A DNA stretch of 64,000 bases from Halarcobacter sp. (lineage in GTDB: Bacteria; Campylobacterota; Campylobacteria; Campylobacterales; Arcobacteraceae): NCBI GenBank assembly GCA_048571215.1, contig CP182352.1:2272001-2336000 (forward strand), given 5' to 3'. Under the pieces are notes generated by a model. The model had not been told where the DNA came from. It saw only the letters and a program-made list of their open reading frames with translations, and made no database searches. Both the position numbers and the translations under genes were made by a program. Positions 35,866-45,976 of this stretch are shown one piece after another. How positions within the stretch are numbered: position 1 is the stretch's first letter; every line of letters starts with the position of its first letter.

Positions 35866-38481
35866 TTAACTTAAAGAGCTTAATTCCGCTACAACTTTTG
35901 CAAGTTTATCTTTAGCGCTTGCTAAACCAGCCCTATTTTCTTCAATAACATTAGCAGGAGCATTTGCTACAAATTTTTCATTAGAAAGCATTCCAGATAG
36001 TTTAGCTATCTCTTTTTCTAATTTTTCTTGTTGTTTTGTTAGTTTATTAATAATTGGTGTCATATCAATTTCAGATGTTGGAAGATATACTTCTAAGTTA
36101 TCACTAACATCAGTAATTGAGTTCTCAACTTTTGCATCTACAAACTCAATATCTTCAACTTTTGCAAGTTTTTCGATAAATGGTTTTGCTACATTTGTAT
36201 CAATTTGTTTATCAAGTTTGATATATGCTTTTGCGATTTTACTATTACCCATATCTATTACAACTTTTGCTCTTCTAATAGCAGTAATTGCCTCTTCGAT
36301 AATTGCAAAACTAGCTTCTATCTCATCATCTTTTTTGATATCTTTAGGGAAATTCATAATCATAACTGAATCACCCTCTTCTAGTGTAGTACCACTTAGT
36401 TTGTGATATAAATAATCTGCAATAAATGGCATAAATGGAGATATCATTTTAAGAGTCTCTTTAAATATAGCTCCAAGTTCTACAATAGAATCTTTTGAAG
36501 CCTTTGAATACTCAATACCCCAATCACAAAACTCATTCCATACAAATTTATAAAGACTACTAGCAGCTTCATTAAACTTATAAGCCTCAAGTGTTTCTCT
36601 AATATCTTCAACCGCATGAGAAAGTCTACTTTGCATATATAAACCAAGTGGTGTTTTGATCTCAATATCTTTTAAATCAGGGAAAGTATCCACATTTAAT
36701 TGTAAGAAATTTGATGCATTGTAAAGTTTATTTGTAAAGTTTCTAAACTGCTCTAAGTTTTTAGCTCCAAGTTTGATATCTCTTCCTTGAACAGCTAAAA
36801 AAGCAAGTGTAAACCTAATAATATCAGCACTATGCTCTTCAACCATATCAAGTGGGTCTATAACATTCCCTTTTGATTTAGACATCTTAGCCCCATGTTC
36901 ATCCCTAACAAGAGCATGCATATAGATATCTTTAAAAGGTAATTCCCCTTGGAAATGTTCCCCCATCATCATCATTCTAGCAACCCAGAAAAACATAATA
37001 TCAAAACCTGTGATAAGTAGTGAGTTTGGATAAAAGTTTTTCATATCTTCAACTTCATTATATAACTCTTGAAGTTTTCCATTATTTCCCCAACCAAGTG
37101 GTGACATAGCCCATAAAGCTGAACTAAACCAAGTATCCAAAACATCTGGGTCTTGTATCATTTTTTTACTTGAACATTTTGGACAAGATTCTGGTTGATC
37201 AGCTTTATCAGCCCATTGATGACCACACTCTTCACAGGTAAATACAGGAATCCTATGTCCCCACCAAAGTTGTCTTGAGATACACCAAGGTCTTAACTCA
37301 TCCATCCAAGCCGTATAAGAGTTGATCCAATGTGCTGGGTGAAAGTTGTTGTGTGCTTTTGTTTTTTCAATTGAGTTTTTAGCAATATCTTCACTTAAAA
37401 ACCATTGTTGTGAAATAAATGGCTCCACAATATTTTTACATCTATAACAATGACCCACTTGATGAACATGCTCATCTATTTTTACTATATAACCCTCAGC
37501 TTGAAGTTTTTCAACAATAGGTTTTCTAGCTTCTAGTCTCTCAAGTCCAGCAAACTCTCCGCAATAATCATTTAAAATACCCTTTTCATCAAATACTTTA
37601 ATAAACTCTAAATCGTGTCTCTTACCAACTTCGTAGTCATTTTGGTCATGTGCAGGAGTTACTTTTACAACCCCTGTTCCAAACTCCATATCAACATGTG
37701 AATCTGTAATAACCTTAATCTTTCTATTAGTTAGAGGAAGAAGTACCTCTTTACCAACAATATCCGTATATCTGCTATCCTCAGGATGAACCATAATAGC
37801 AGTATCTCCAAAATATGTTTCTGGTCTTGTAGTTGCAACTTGTAATTCACCTGAACCATCTGCAAACTTATAAATCATGTGATAAAACTTACCATTTACC
37901 TCTTCATGTTCAACTTCGATATCAGATAAGGCTCCATCATGGGTACACCAATTTACCATATAATTATTTTGTGTAATTTTCCCTTCATTGTATAAAGAAA
38001 CAAAAGCTTCTTTAACAGCTTCTTTAAGTCCCTCATCCATAGTAAACCTCTCACGCTTCCAAGCGGGAGATACACCTAATTTTCTCATTTGATGAACAAT
38101 ATTTCCACCTGAAGTTTCTTTTTGTTTCCAAGCTCTTTTTAAAAACTCTTCTCTACCAATCTCTTCTTTTGTAGTACCTTCCGCTAAAAGTTGTTTTTCT
38201 ACAACATTTTGAGTAGCAATACCTGCATGGTCTGTTCCTGGTTGCCAAAGAGTTTTATACCCATCCATTCTCTTATAACGAGTTATAATATCTTGTAATG
38301 TAAATGTTAAGGCATGACCAATATGTAAAGAACCGGTTACATTTGGAGGAGGCATCATAATCGCAAAATTTTTACCATCTTCTTGGATAGGCTCATTTCC
38401 AGTTATCTCAAAATAACCCCTATCTTCCCAGATTTTATAATATTTGTCTTCTACTATTGAAGGTTCATACTTTTCACTCAT
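35866..38481 (-). CDS. valS: Valyl-tRNA synthetase
   Basis: PPPNVTGSLHIGH, KMSKS, C-terminal coiled coil. Confidence 0.99.
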   Translation of the reverse strand: MSEKYEPSIVEDKYYKIWEDRGYFEITGNEPIQEDGKNFAIMMPPPNVTGSLHIGHALTFTLQDIITRYKRMDGYKTLWQPGTDHAGIATQNVVEKQLLAEGTTKEEIGREEFLKRAWKQKETSGGNIVHQMRKLGVSPAWKRERFTMDEGLKEAVKEAFVSLYNEGKITQNNYMVNWCTHDGALSDIEVEHEEVNGKFYHMIYKFADGSGELQVATTRPETYFGDTAIMVHPEDSRYTDIVGKEVLLPLTNRKIKVITDSHVDMEFGTGVVKVTPAHDQNDYEVGKRHDLEFIKVFDEKGILNDYCGEFAGLERLEARKPIVEKLQAEGYIVKIDEHVHQVGHCYRCKNIVEPFISQQWFLSEDIAKNSIEKTKAHNNFHPAHWINSYTAWMDELRPWCISRQLWWGHRIPVFTCEECGHQWADKADQPESCPKCSSKKMIQDPDVLDTWFSSALWAMSPLGWGNNGKLQELYNEVEDMKNFYPNSLLITGFDIMFFWVARMMMMGEHFQGELPFKDIYMHALVRDEHGAKMSKSKGNVIDPLDMVEEHSADIIRFTLAFLAVQGRDIKLGAKNLEQFRNFTNKLYNASNFLQLNVDTFPDLKDIEIKTPLGLYMQSRLSHAVEDIRETLEAYKFNEAASSLYKFVWNEFCDWGIEYSKASKDSIVELGAIFKETLKMISPFMPFIADYLYHKLSGTTLEEGDSVMIMNFPKDIKKDDEIEASFAIIEEAITAIRRAKVVIDMGNSKIAKAYIKLDKQIDTNVAKPFIEKLAKVEDIEFVDAKVENSITDVSDNLEVYLPTSEIDMTPIINKLTKQQEKLEKEIAKLSGMLSNEKFVANAPANVIEENRAGLASAKDKLAKVVAELSSLS

Positions 38482-38591
38482 CTAAATTCCTATGTTTTGA
38501 TTGCATTGTTTTTAAAATATCCGCGATTATATCCAAAAAAGGTTTTATTTTAGGTAACACATCTAATTTGTAAATGTTTATTTTTATAAAG

Positions 38592-38622
38592 TAAGTACTA
38601 AAGTAAAGTGCTTTAGTACTTA
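38592..38622 (-). terminator. Hairpin downstream of the flotillin gene
   Basis: TAAGTACTAAAG...CTTTAGTACTTA inverted repeat. Confidence 0.6.
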
Positions 38623-38626
38623 GAAG

Positions 38627-40330
38627 TTATTTGTTTAAATCTTTTGTAAAGCTATTTAAATCAGCTCCATCAAGGTTTAATTCTTTTAGTAGTGAGTCTA
38701 CTATAGGTGATTGAGCTCTATATTTTAAGGCACTATTTACAAGTTGGTCAGGTAAAGAATCTGATGCTGAACTATTTGATTGTTCCCCACTAGAGCTTTG
38801 TCCTTGTTGACTTAGTCCATCAACTTGCAATATTTTGATACTCTCTATTTGTTCCATTGGTTTTACACTTTGAGCAATTATTTCAGGTAATTGTTCTATG
38901 AGTTTTAGTTTTATTTGCATAGCAATTTGATCTACTGATAAGGTATTTGATGCATTATTAATAGCCTCTTTTCCTTCAGCTTCAACTTTATATTCAATCG
39001 CTTTTGCTTCTGCTTTTAATTTTTCTGCTTCATTATCACTTTTTGCTGTAATAATTGCTTTATCAGCTAAACCATGAGCTAAGATTCTTTGTGCTTCTGC
39101 TTGATCTTCTGCCGCTTGTTTCTCTGCTTCTGCACCAACTTTTATGCTAATAGCTACTTTTTCTGCTTCTTGTGAAGCTTCAACTAATTCAATAGATTTA
39201 GTTCTTTCTGCAACCTCTGTTTCCCTTACAGTTTTAACTTTTTCTTCTGCTTTTACAGCCTCTGCTCTTGCTTCATCTGCTTGTGCTTTTGCAATAGATT
39301 GCATTTTTGATTTTTCTGCAACTGCAATCTCTCTATCTTGGTTTGATAGTTCTATTGATTTATTTTTTTCAATATTCTTTTCTTCTAATAATTGTTCTTT
39401 TAAAATTCTTGCTTGTTCAGTCTCTTTTTCTGAGGCAATTCTTTTTTGTTCAATCTCTTGATCAGCAAAGATTTTTGAATTTTCTGCTTCTTTTCTTTGT
39501 TCTGCTTCCTCTTTAGCAATCTCAGTAACTTGAGAAGCTCTTCTTACTGCTACTTCTCTTTCTTGTTGTAAAACGGCATACTCTTCTTCTTTTTTAATCT
39601 CTAAAGATAATCTTCTTGTTTCTAAGTCTTTTTTCTCTATTTCTACAGCGGTATCTCTTTCTATATCATTTCTTATTTTTCTTCTTGCTTCAATCTCTTG
39701 AGTTAATCTTGTAAGACCCTCTGCATCAAAAGCATTATCTGGATTGAAATACTCTTTACTTGTTTGGTCAAGTCCTGTTAAAGAGACTGATTCTAATTCT
39801 AAACCATTTTTTAATAAGTCTTCAGATACAACTTGTTGTACTTTTTGAACAAAATCTACCCTTTGCTCATGTAATTCAACCATATGCATTTCAGCAGCAA
39901 CTGCTCTTAGGGCATCTACAAATTTTCCCTCTATTAACTCTTTTAGCAAATCAGGTTGAGTAGTTCTTATACCCAACGTTTGAGCTGCAAAAGCAATTGA
40001 TTCATTTATAGGTTTAACCCTTACATAAAATTCAGCTAAAACATCAACCCTCATTCTATCTTTGGTAATAAGTGCTTGTTCATTTGACCTTTGAACTGCA
40101 AGTCTTAAAGTATTCATATTTACAGGGATTATCTCGTGTAAAATTGGTAATACAATAGCACCACCATTCATAATAACTTTTTCACCACCTAATCCTGTTC
40201 GTACAAAAGAGATCTCTTTTGAAGCTCTTTTGTATAATCTTGTAAAAATCATTCCAAGTGTAATTAATGCAAGTATTATAGTTGCTGGAATAACTAATGC
40301 CATTGATGATAAATCTAATCCAAAATCCAT
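38627..40330 (-). CDS. yqiK: Flotillin/SPFH domain protein (YqiK-like)
   Basis: FVRTGLGG, NMNTLRL, ALITKDRMRVDV.AEFYVRV, NGLELESVSLT, coiled coil, KPMEQIESIKI. Confidence 0.92.
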   Translation of the reverse strand: MDFGLDLSSMALVIPATIILALITLGMIFTRLYKRASKEISFVRTGLGGEKVIMNGGAIVLPILHEIIPVNMNTLRLAVQRSNEQALITKDRMRVDVLAEFYVRVKPINESIAFAAQTLGIRTTQPDLLKELIEGKFVDALRAVAAEMHMVELHEQRVDFVQKVQQVVSEDLLKNGLELESVSLTGLDQTSKEYFNPDNAFDAEGLTRLTQEIEARRKIRNDIERDTAVEIEKKDLETRRLSLEIKKEEEYAVLQQEREVAVRRASQVTEIAKEEAEQRKEAENSKIFADQEIEQKRIASEKETEQARILKEQLLEEKNIEKNKSIELSNQDREIAVAEKSKMQSIAKAQADEARAEAVKAEEKVKTVRETEVAERTKSIELVEASQEAEKVAISIKVGAEAEKQAAEDQAEAQRILAHGLADKAIITAKSDNEAEKLKAEAKAIEYKVEAEGKEAINNASNTLSVDQIAMQIKLKLIEQLPEIIAQSVKPMEQIESIKILQVDGLSQQGQSSSGEQSNSSASDSLPDQLVNSALKYRAQSPIVDSLLKELNLDGADLNSFTKDLNK

Positions 40331-40339
40331 ATTTTCCCT

Positions 40340-40999
40340 TTATTTTAATTTTTCTGGTATATCTTTTATTGCAAAAAAAAGTTTTTCATTTTGCCCTGAG
40401 ATTAAAACTTTTTCCCCTTGTAAAAAAACATCATTTTCATTTTCTGGTTCAATCATAAAATAATGAACCTGACCACTTTGATCTCTTACTTTTGCTTCTG
40501 CTGGTGAACCTTTTTTTGCTTTGCCTAAAGTTATAATTGCTATATGTCCTATTAGTTCATTTTTTGATATTGATGAAGTTTCATCTTTTGGTAAAATTTT
40601 TGCTACTATTCCACCAAAAATTCTTAAACTAATAATTGAACAAATAAAAGTGGGAATTAATACTATATATTGAAGCCACAAAATCCCCAAAAAACTATAT
40701 AATACAGCTTGTATTAATAATCCAATAAGGGCAAATGAAGTTAAAAATATCACTAGCAACATCATAATAGGAACTTCTTTTAGCCTAATCCAACCAAAAA
40801 ATTTAGTTAAAGAAAACTCTGTATCCACATCAAAATCCAAATCTGTATCAAAATCTGGAATTAGTGAATCAAGCATGTCAGATAAGCCTAAGCCTATTAA
40901 AACAAAAGCACCTTCTAACAAAGCAATAAATATCATCAATATAAGAGCACCAGTAAAGATAATATTATTACTGTTAAATAAGAAATCTATTAGACTCAT
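40340..40999 (-). CDS. yqiJ: YqiJ family (NfeD-like OB-fold) membrane protein
   Basis: TM helices, 'VPIMMLLVIFL', 'G.AKKGSPAEAKVRD..GQVHYFMIEP'. Confidence 0.88.
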   Translation of the reverse strand: MSLIDFLFNSNNIIFTGALILMIFIALLEGAFVLIGLGLSDMLDSLIPDFDTDLDFDVDTEFSLTKFFGWIRLKEVPIMMLLVIFLTSFALIGLLIQAVLYSFLGILWLQYIVLIPTFICSIISLRIFGGIVAKILPKDETSSISKNELIGHIAIITLGKAKKGSPAEAKVRDQSGQVHYFMIEPENENDVFLQGEKVLISGQNEKLFFAIKDIPEKLK

Positions 41000-41628
41000 T
41001 TTCTATTTGCTTTTAAACTTTGCAATCTTTCTGATACTCTATTATCTCTTGATAATTTATCAAGTTCTGCTAATTTCATATCATCATTATTTAAAAACTT
41101 AGAATCCACCCCTGTATTTACCCTATTAAAAGCCTCTTCAGCTTTTTGCATATTGTTATTTATATTTGAAGAGGTTTTTTCCTCTTTATTGATTTTAATA
41201 AACTCTTCAAGCTCCTTTTGCATCTCTCTTTTTTTTGCATTTAAAGCATCAATATAGTTTTCTAGCTTAGTTATGTTTTTTTGTATTTGTGAAACTGTTT
41301 CCTCTAAAATAGGAATTTGTGTTTCAATATCCATTTGTCTAGATATTGCAGATTTAGCCAAATCATCCCTTTGTTCTGAGATTGCTATCTCTATTTGCTC
41401 TGTAAGTTTTTCATATTTTGATTTTTCATTTTCCATTTGTTGTTTAGTTTTTCTAAACTCAATAGTCTCCTTACCCAATGAAACCTTTACCTCATCAATA
41501 GTTGAATCAATCTCTCTAATTGTCTCTTTCATTACAAGTTCAGGAGAAAGCGATTCAGCTTTATCAATCACAGCATTTATACTTCCAGAAATCAGCCTAC
41601 TAACCCTCGATGTTATATTTTCATTCAT
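40996..41628 (-). CDS. PspA/IM30 family protein
   Basis: IDKAE..PE....IRE, REDLA-like RDDLAKSA, coiled coil. Confidence 0.88.
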   Translation of the reverse strand: MNENITSRVSRLISGSINAVIDKAESLSPELVMKETIREIDSTIDEVKVSLGKETIEFRKTKQQMENEKSKYEKLTEQIEIAISEQRDDLAKSAISRQMDIETQIPILEETVSQIQKNITKLENYIDALNAKKREMQKELEEFIKINKEEKTSSNINNNMQKAEEAFNRVNTGVDSKFLNNDDMKLAELDKLSRDNRVSERLQSLKANRK

Positions 41629-41672
41629 TTACTTATCCTTCAAAGTTGAGATAAAATATAATAAATAAAAAA

Positions 41673-41694
41673 CGTCACATTTCCGTCACAAATT
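41673..41694. promoter_or_regulatory. CGTCACA-N4-CGTCACA direct-repeat box (left copy)
   Basis: cgtcaca-tttc-cgtcaca-aatt, between divergent pspA-like and recombinase genes; second copy at 52566. Confidence 0.6.
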
Positions 41695-41762
41695 AACTAA
41701 ATTTTGAAATTTTTATCAAAAAAACCTATTTCTAAATCTTTCTAAAACTTTTTGGATTTTTA

Positions 41763-41784
41763 TTTAAGCTTTAATTCTTATAAT
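41763..41784 (+). promoter_or_regulatory. Probable sigma70 promoter of the recombinase
   Basis: TTTAAG...TATAAT (41779-41784), typical Campylobacterota -10 region; GGAG RBS before ATG 41810. Confidence 0.55.
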
Positions 41785-41809
41785 CCTTAGCTTGAAGAAT
41801 GGAGAAAAG

Positions 41810-42739
41810 ATGGATATAACAAAAACGATTGAGGATTTTTTATTTCATTGTATATATGAAAAAAATCTAAGTGAAAAGACAATTAAAGCATATAAAATAG
41901 ATTTAAATCAATTTAAAAAATTTAATACTTGTAAAAACATAAAAGATATAGATAAATATACCTTAAAGGAGTATCTAAAACTATTATATGAAAAAAAACT
42001 AAAAGAGAAAACTATAAAAAGAAAGTTTGCAACGCTTAAAGCTATGTTTACTTACCTTGAGTTTGAAGAATATATTTTAGTAAGTCCATTTAGAAAAATG
42101 AAACTAAGTATAAAAGAACCTCAAAGACTTCCTAAAACAATAGAATTAAAAGAGATAAAAAAGCTTTTTATTTATGTATATAAATTAAAAAATCAGTTCA
42201 AAAATAAAAATACCTATACATACAAAAGTATCATAAGAGATATAGCTGTACTAGAACTGCTTTTTGCAACAGGTGTAAGAGTAGCAGAAGTTTGTGACAT
42301 AAAAACAAAAGATTTCAGCTCAAACTTTAGTGAACTTAAAATCATAGGAAAAGGAGACAAGCAAAGAACAATACATATCTGTAACAATGAAGTAAAAAAT
42401 GCCCTAAAAGAGTATCAACTTTTCTTCAAAGAAAAGATAAAAAAAGACGACAACTTTTTTATAAATAGATTCAATAAAAAATTATCAGAACAATCAGTTA
42501 GATTTATGATTAGAAAATATCAAGAACAAAGTAAAATAGAAAAACATCTAACCCCACATATGTTCCGCCATAGCTTCGCCACTCTACTTTTAGAAGAAGG
42601 AGTAGATATACGATATATCCAACATATGCTAGGACATAGTTCAATATCAACCACACAAATATATACAAAAGTAAGTCTGAAACATCAAAAGAAAATTTTA
42701 AATACCAAACATCCTAGACGAAGTTTTGAAGTAGATTAA
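41810..42739 (+). CDS. Tyrosine recombinase/integrase (XerC/D-like)
   Basis: N-terminal SAM-like domain; catalytic R (TGVRVAE), K (GKGDK), HxxR (PHMFRH), H (LGH) and Y (TQIYT) all present. Confidence 0.95.
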   Translation: MDITKTIEDFLFHCIYEKNLSEKTIKAYKIDLNQFKKFNTCKNIKDIDKYTLKEYLKLLYEKKLKEKTIKRKFATLKAMFTYLEFEEYILVSPFRKMKLSIKEPQRLPKTIELKEIKKLFIYVYKLKNQFKNKNTYTYKSIIRDIAVLELLFATGVRVAEVCDIKTKDFSSNFSELKIIGKGDKQRTIHICNNEVKNALKEYQLFFKEKIKKDDNFFINRFNKKLSEQSVRFMIRKYQEQSKIEKHLTPHMFRHSFATLLLEEGVDIRYIQHMLGHSSISTTQIYTKVSLKHQKKILNTKHPRRSFEVD

Positions 42740-42780
42740 TACTAGATAATATTTTTAGTTTTTTATTGTCTTTTTTAATG

Positions 42781-42807
42781 AAGGATAATAGGATATTATG
42801 AATAATA
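42781..42807 (+). repeat. Left copy of a perfect 27-bp inverted repeat (AAGGATAATAGGATATTATGAATAATA)
   Basis: Exact reverse complement of 52481-52507; contains the RBS and ATG of the 42798 ORF. Confidence 0.97.
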
Positions 42808-45221
42808 GAGAAAATAATTTATTACTTTTAGTTGTAGGTTTAGGAGGTGCTATTGGTACAACTTTAGCATCAGGTTTTGCAATACCGAATAGTGAATCAA
42901 AATTAGGTTTAATGACAGAGAATCCATTAATAAAGTCATTAGGTATAAAATTTATTACTTCAAAAAATATTACACTTAGTGGTTGGGATATTAATCAAAA
43001 AAATCTTTTTGATATTGCTAGCGAATTAAAAATTGTTCCTGCTGAAAGACTACTTCAATCAAAAAGATACTTATCTTCAATTAAACCGCGTCCAGGCATT
43101 ACAAGAAAACATAATCTAAAAGAATGGTTTTATACAGAAATTGAACAATTAAACATATTAATAGAACAGACTCAATCTGATCAAGTTATAGTTTTAAATC
43201 TTCTTCCTACAGAACCAAATTATTTACAAGTAGATAAAGAGATAGATTGGGATAGTCTTGGTTCCATTTCATTAGAAACAGAGGAAGTGACTCTAAGTAG
43301 ATTATATTTTAAATTAGCTATAGAGTTGGGAGCTCATTATATTAACTTCACTCCAAATAATGCAGAAACTACACAATTGCAAAAACAAGCAATTTCCAAA
43401 AATCTAATTTTTTGTGGTAGAGATGGAAAAAGTGGACAAACATTTTTAAAAACTGTATTAGCACCTGCATTTTATCAACGTAACTTTAAGATTAATGGTT
43501 GGTATAGTACAAATCTATTAGGGAATAAAGATGGCTTAGCACTTGCTGATCCTGTAATATTTGAAACAAAAAGACAATCTAAATCCAAATGTTTAGAAGA
43601 TATAATAGGCTATGCACCAGGTGGAATAGAAGAAGCTTCATATGGACATCAGGTTCATATACACTATTATCCTCCAAGAAAAGATGCAAAAGAATCATGG
43701 GATAATATTGATTTTAGTGGTTATTTTGGTGAAGAGATGCAGTTAAAACTAAATTGGTTAGGAAAAGATTCTATTTTAGCTGCACCTATGGCATATGATC
43801 TTGTTAGAATAGTAGAGTTAAGTTCAAGGTTTAGTATAAAGGGTATTATCGAAGAAACAGGTGTATTTTTTAAAACACCTCTTTATAAATCAAAATATCC
43901 AATACACTCTTTTCCTACACAATTTGAAAATCTTTTAAAATACCTAAAAAAACTCAAATTAAATGACAATGCTTCTATTCATAATGATTGGCTGGATATA
44001 TTAAAAATATCTCCGCTATCTTCTCAAACAGGAATATACTTACATGCTTCAGAAAATATGCTCCCATATTCAGCTCGTTTAGCTCAAGCTTTAGAAGCTA
44101 TAGAGAGATACTCTTTAAAACCTCACGAGAAGTTTGAAGACAATGATATATATTTTGCAAATAATATCCCATTGCAAAAAGTCAAACAAAATTTGATAGA
44201 TAAATTTCAAGAAGTTCTATCTAGCTCTTGGGTAAGTGTGTCTGCTTTATCTGGGTTACATGCCACAGAAATATGCTTTAATTCATTTGTGAAATTAGAT
44301 GATGATGTATTTATTGTTTCTCCAAAACATGGTGGACATCCATCTATGGAACCTTTACTTAAAAGTATGAATGTAAATGTGCATTTTCTACCTTTTTTAG
44401 AAAATCAACTTATTGATGTAAATAAATTAAAAGATATGATATATAGTATAAAACCTGTTTTAATTGTATTTGATATTAGTGATTCTTTAAGAGAACAGGA
44501 TTTAGATTTTATAAAAGATATTAAAGGTAAATCTATAATTTTATTTGATGTATCCCAAACTTTAGGATTAATTATTGGAAAATCATTAACTAACCCTTTA
44601 GATAAAGGAGTAGATATTATAATAGGTACTACTCACAAAACATTTCCAGGTCCCCACAAAGCTATAATCGCTTCAAATAATAAAAAAATAGCAGAAAAAA
44701 TAGAAAATACAATCTCCATAAAAGTTAGTAGTGATCATACAGATCATATATTGAGTTTAAATGCTGCTTTAGATGAATTTCTACCCATAGCTGAAGAATT
44801 TGCAGAACAATGTAAAATAAATATTCAACTTTTTGCAAAGCTACTTAAAACATATAATATTAATGCTATTGATAGTGTTCCTTTAGATACTCATCAAATT
44901 TGGGTAATTTTTTTAGATCCTGAAGAAGCAAAAAAAGCTTATTTAGATTTAGAAAAAGCAGGTATATTTACAAATCTTAGAAAACTACCATTTAACTATG
45001 GATGGGGACTTAGAATAGGACTTCATGAAATAACACTAAGAGGTTTTAAAGAAGAAGATATAAAACAATTAGCAAAACTTTTTTCTAAAATTATCATAGA
45101 AAAAGTAGAACCATTAGAAGTCAGAGACCATGTAATTAAGTTAATAGAAAACCTTGTTCCATTATTAAAAACAAAGACTCCATTGAGTGAATTTTTACAA
45201 AAACATTTACTAGGAGAATAA
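42798..45221 (+). CDS. Fusion: myo-inositol-1-phosphate synthase (N) + SHMT-like/threonine-transaldolase-like PLP enzyme (C)
   Basis: MIPS motifs VGLGGAIGTT, INFTPN, GRDGKSGQT, WYSTNLLGNKDG, DSILAAP; SHMT-fold motifs LHASEN, SGLHA, HGGH, TTHKTFPGPHK, THQ, GLRIG. Confidence 0.88.
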   Translation: MNNRENNLLLLVVGLGGAIGTTLASGFAIPNSESKLGLMTENPLIKSLGIKFITSKNITLSGWDINQKNLFDIASELKIVPAERLLQSKRYLSSIKPRPGITRKHNLKEWFYTEIEQLNILIEQTQSDQVIVLNLLPTEPNYLQVDKEIDWDSLGSISLETEEVTLSRLYFKLAIELGAHYINFTPNNAETTQLQKQAISKNLIFCGRDGKSGQTFLKTVLAPAFYQRNFKINGWYSTNLLGNKDGLALADPVIFETKRQSKSKCLEDIIGYAPGGIEEASYGHQVHIHYYPPRKDAKESWDNIDFSGYFGEEMQLKLNWLGKDSILAAPMAYDLVRIVELSSRFSIKGIIEETGVFFKTPLYKSKYPIHSFPTQFENLLKYLKKLKLNDNASIHNDWLDILKISPLSSQTGIYLHASENMLPYSARLAQALEAIERYSLKPHEKFEDNDIYFANNIPLQKVKQNLIDKFQEVLSSSWVSVSALSGLHATEICFNSFVKLDDDVFIVSPKHGGHPSMEPLLKSMNVNVHFLPFLENQLIDVNKLKDMIYSIKPVLIVFDISDSLREQDLDFIKDIKGKSIILFDVSQTLGLIIGKSLTNPLDKGVDIIIGTTHKTFPGPHKAIIASNNKKIAEKIENTISIKVSSDHTDHILSLNAALDEFLPIAEEFAEQCKINIQLFAKLLKTYNINAIDSVPLDTHQIWVIFLDPEEAKKAYLDLEKAGIFTNLRKLPFNYGWGLRIGLHEITLRGFKEEDIKQLAKLFSKIIIEKVEPLEVRDHVIKLIENLVPLLKTKTPLSEFLQKHLLGE

Positions 45222-45222
45222 A

Positions 45223-45966
45223 GTGGCGATGAAAAAAGATATAAAAGTATTTATTGCTTCAACAGGAACGCAAATTTATAGAGAAAAAGCTAAAGAATTA
45301 GCTGAAAGTTTAGCTAAGCATTTTACAATTTATTTTTGGGAAGATGTTTTTGAACCAGGAGATACAAATATAGAAGCATTAGAAAAAGCTGTAAAAAACT
45401 GTGATTATTCTGTAGCTTTTTTAAGTAGTGAAGATTTAACTGTGAAAAGTGGGATTGAAAACCTTCAACAAAGAGACAACCTTATCTTTGAATTTGGTTT
45501 ATTTACTGGTGCTTTAGGTAGAAAAAGAAAATTTGGAGTAACCTTTGGTAGAGGTAGTGAAATAAGCTTACCTTCAGATTTAAATGGCTTAGTTTTAATA
45601 AAAGAAAATATCAACTCACATAATTTAATAAGTGATATTTCTAATAAAATTTTAGATTGTATTCAAGAGTTAGGATTCAAAGATAAAGATAATAAAGAAG
45701 TATATTTTTTATATGATTCATATAAAGTATTTGAACTCACTCCAAAGTGTATTGATATATTTGAAAAATTATTTAATAACTTTTTAAGTATTAGAACTTA
45801 TATTGAGAGAATTATTAATATATATCTATTAAATAGTATACCTGAAATTATTATGGATAAAATGTTTGTAGGTTTCCTATATTATATAGGTGATGGCATT
45901 AAAATAACTCAAAATAATACTAATAACTCTCTTGTATATTTTTGTAAAGATAGTGCAATAGCATGA
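45223..45966 (+). CDS. TIR-domain protein (CAP12/Pycsar-type predicted nucleotide-binding TIR) with unknown C-terminal region
   Basis: KVFIAS, W..VF.PG...IEAL, RDNLIFEFGLFTGALGRKR (catalytic Glu present), LPSDLNG. Confidence 0.88.
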   Translation: MAMKKDIKVFIASTGTQIYREKAKELAESLAKHFTIYFWEDVFEPGDTNIEALEKAVKNCDYSVAFLSSEDLTVKSGIENLQQRDNLIFEFGLFTGALGRKRKFGVTFGRGSEISLPSDLNGLVLIKENINSHNLISDISNKILDCIQELGFKDKDNKEVYFLYDSYKVFELTPKCIDIFEKLFNNFLSIRTYIERIINIYLLNSIPEIIMDKMFVGFLYYIGDGIKITQNNTNNSLVYFCKDSAIA

Positions 45967-45976
45967 GAAAAGATAA

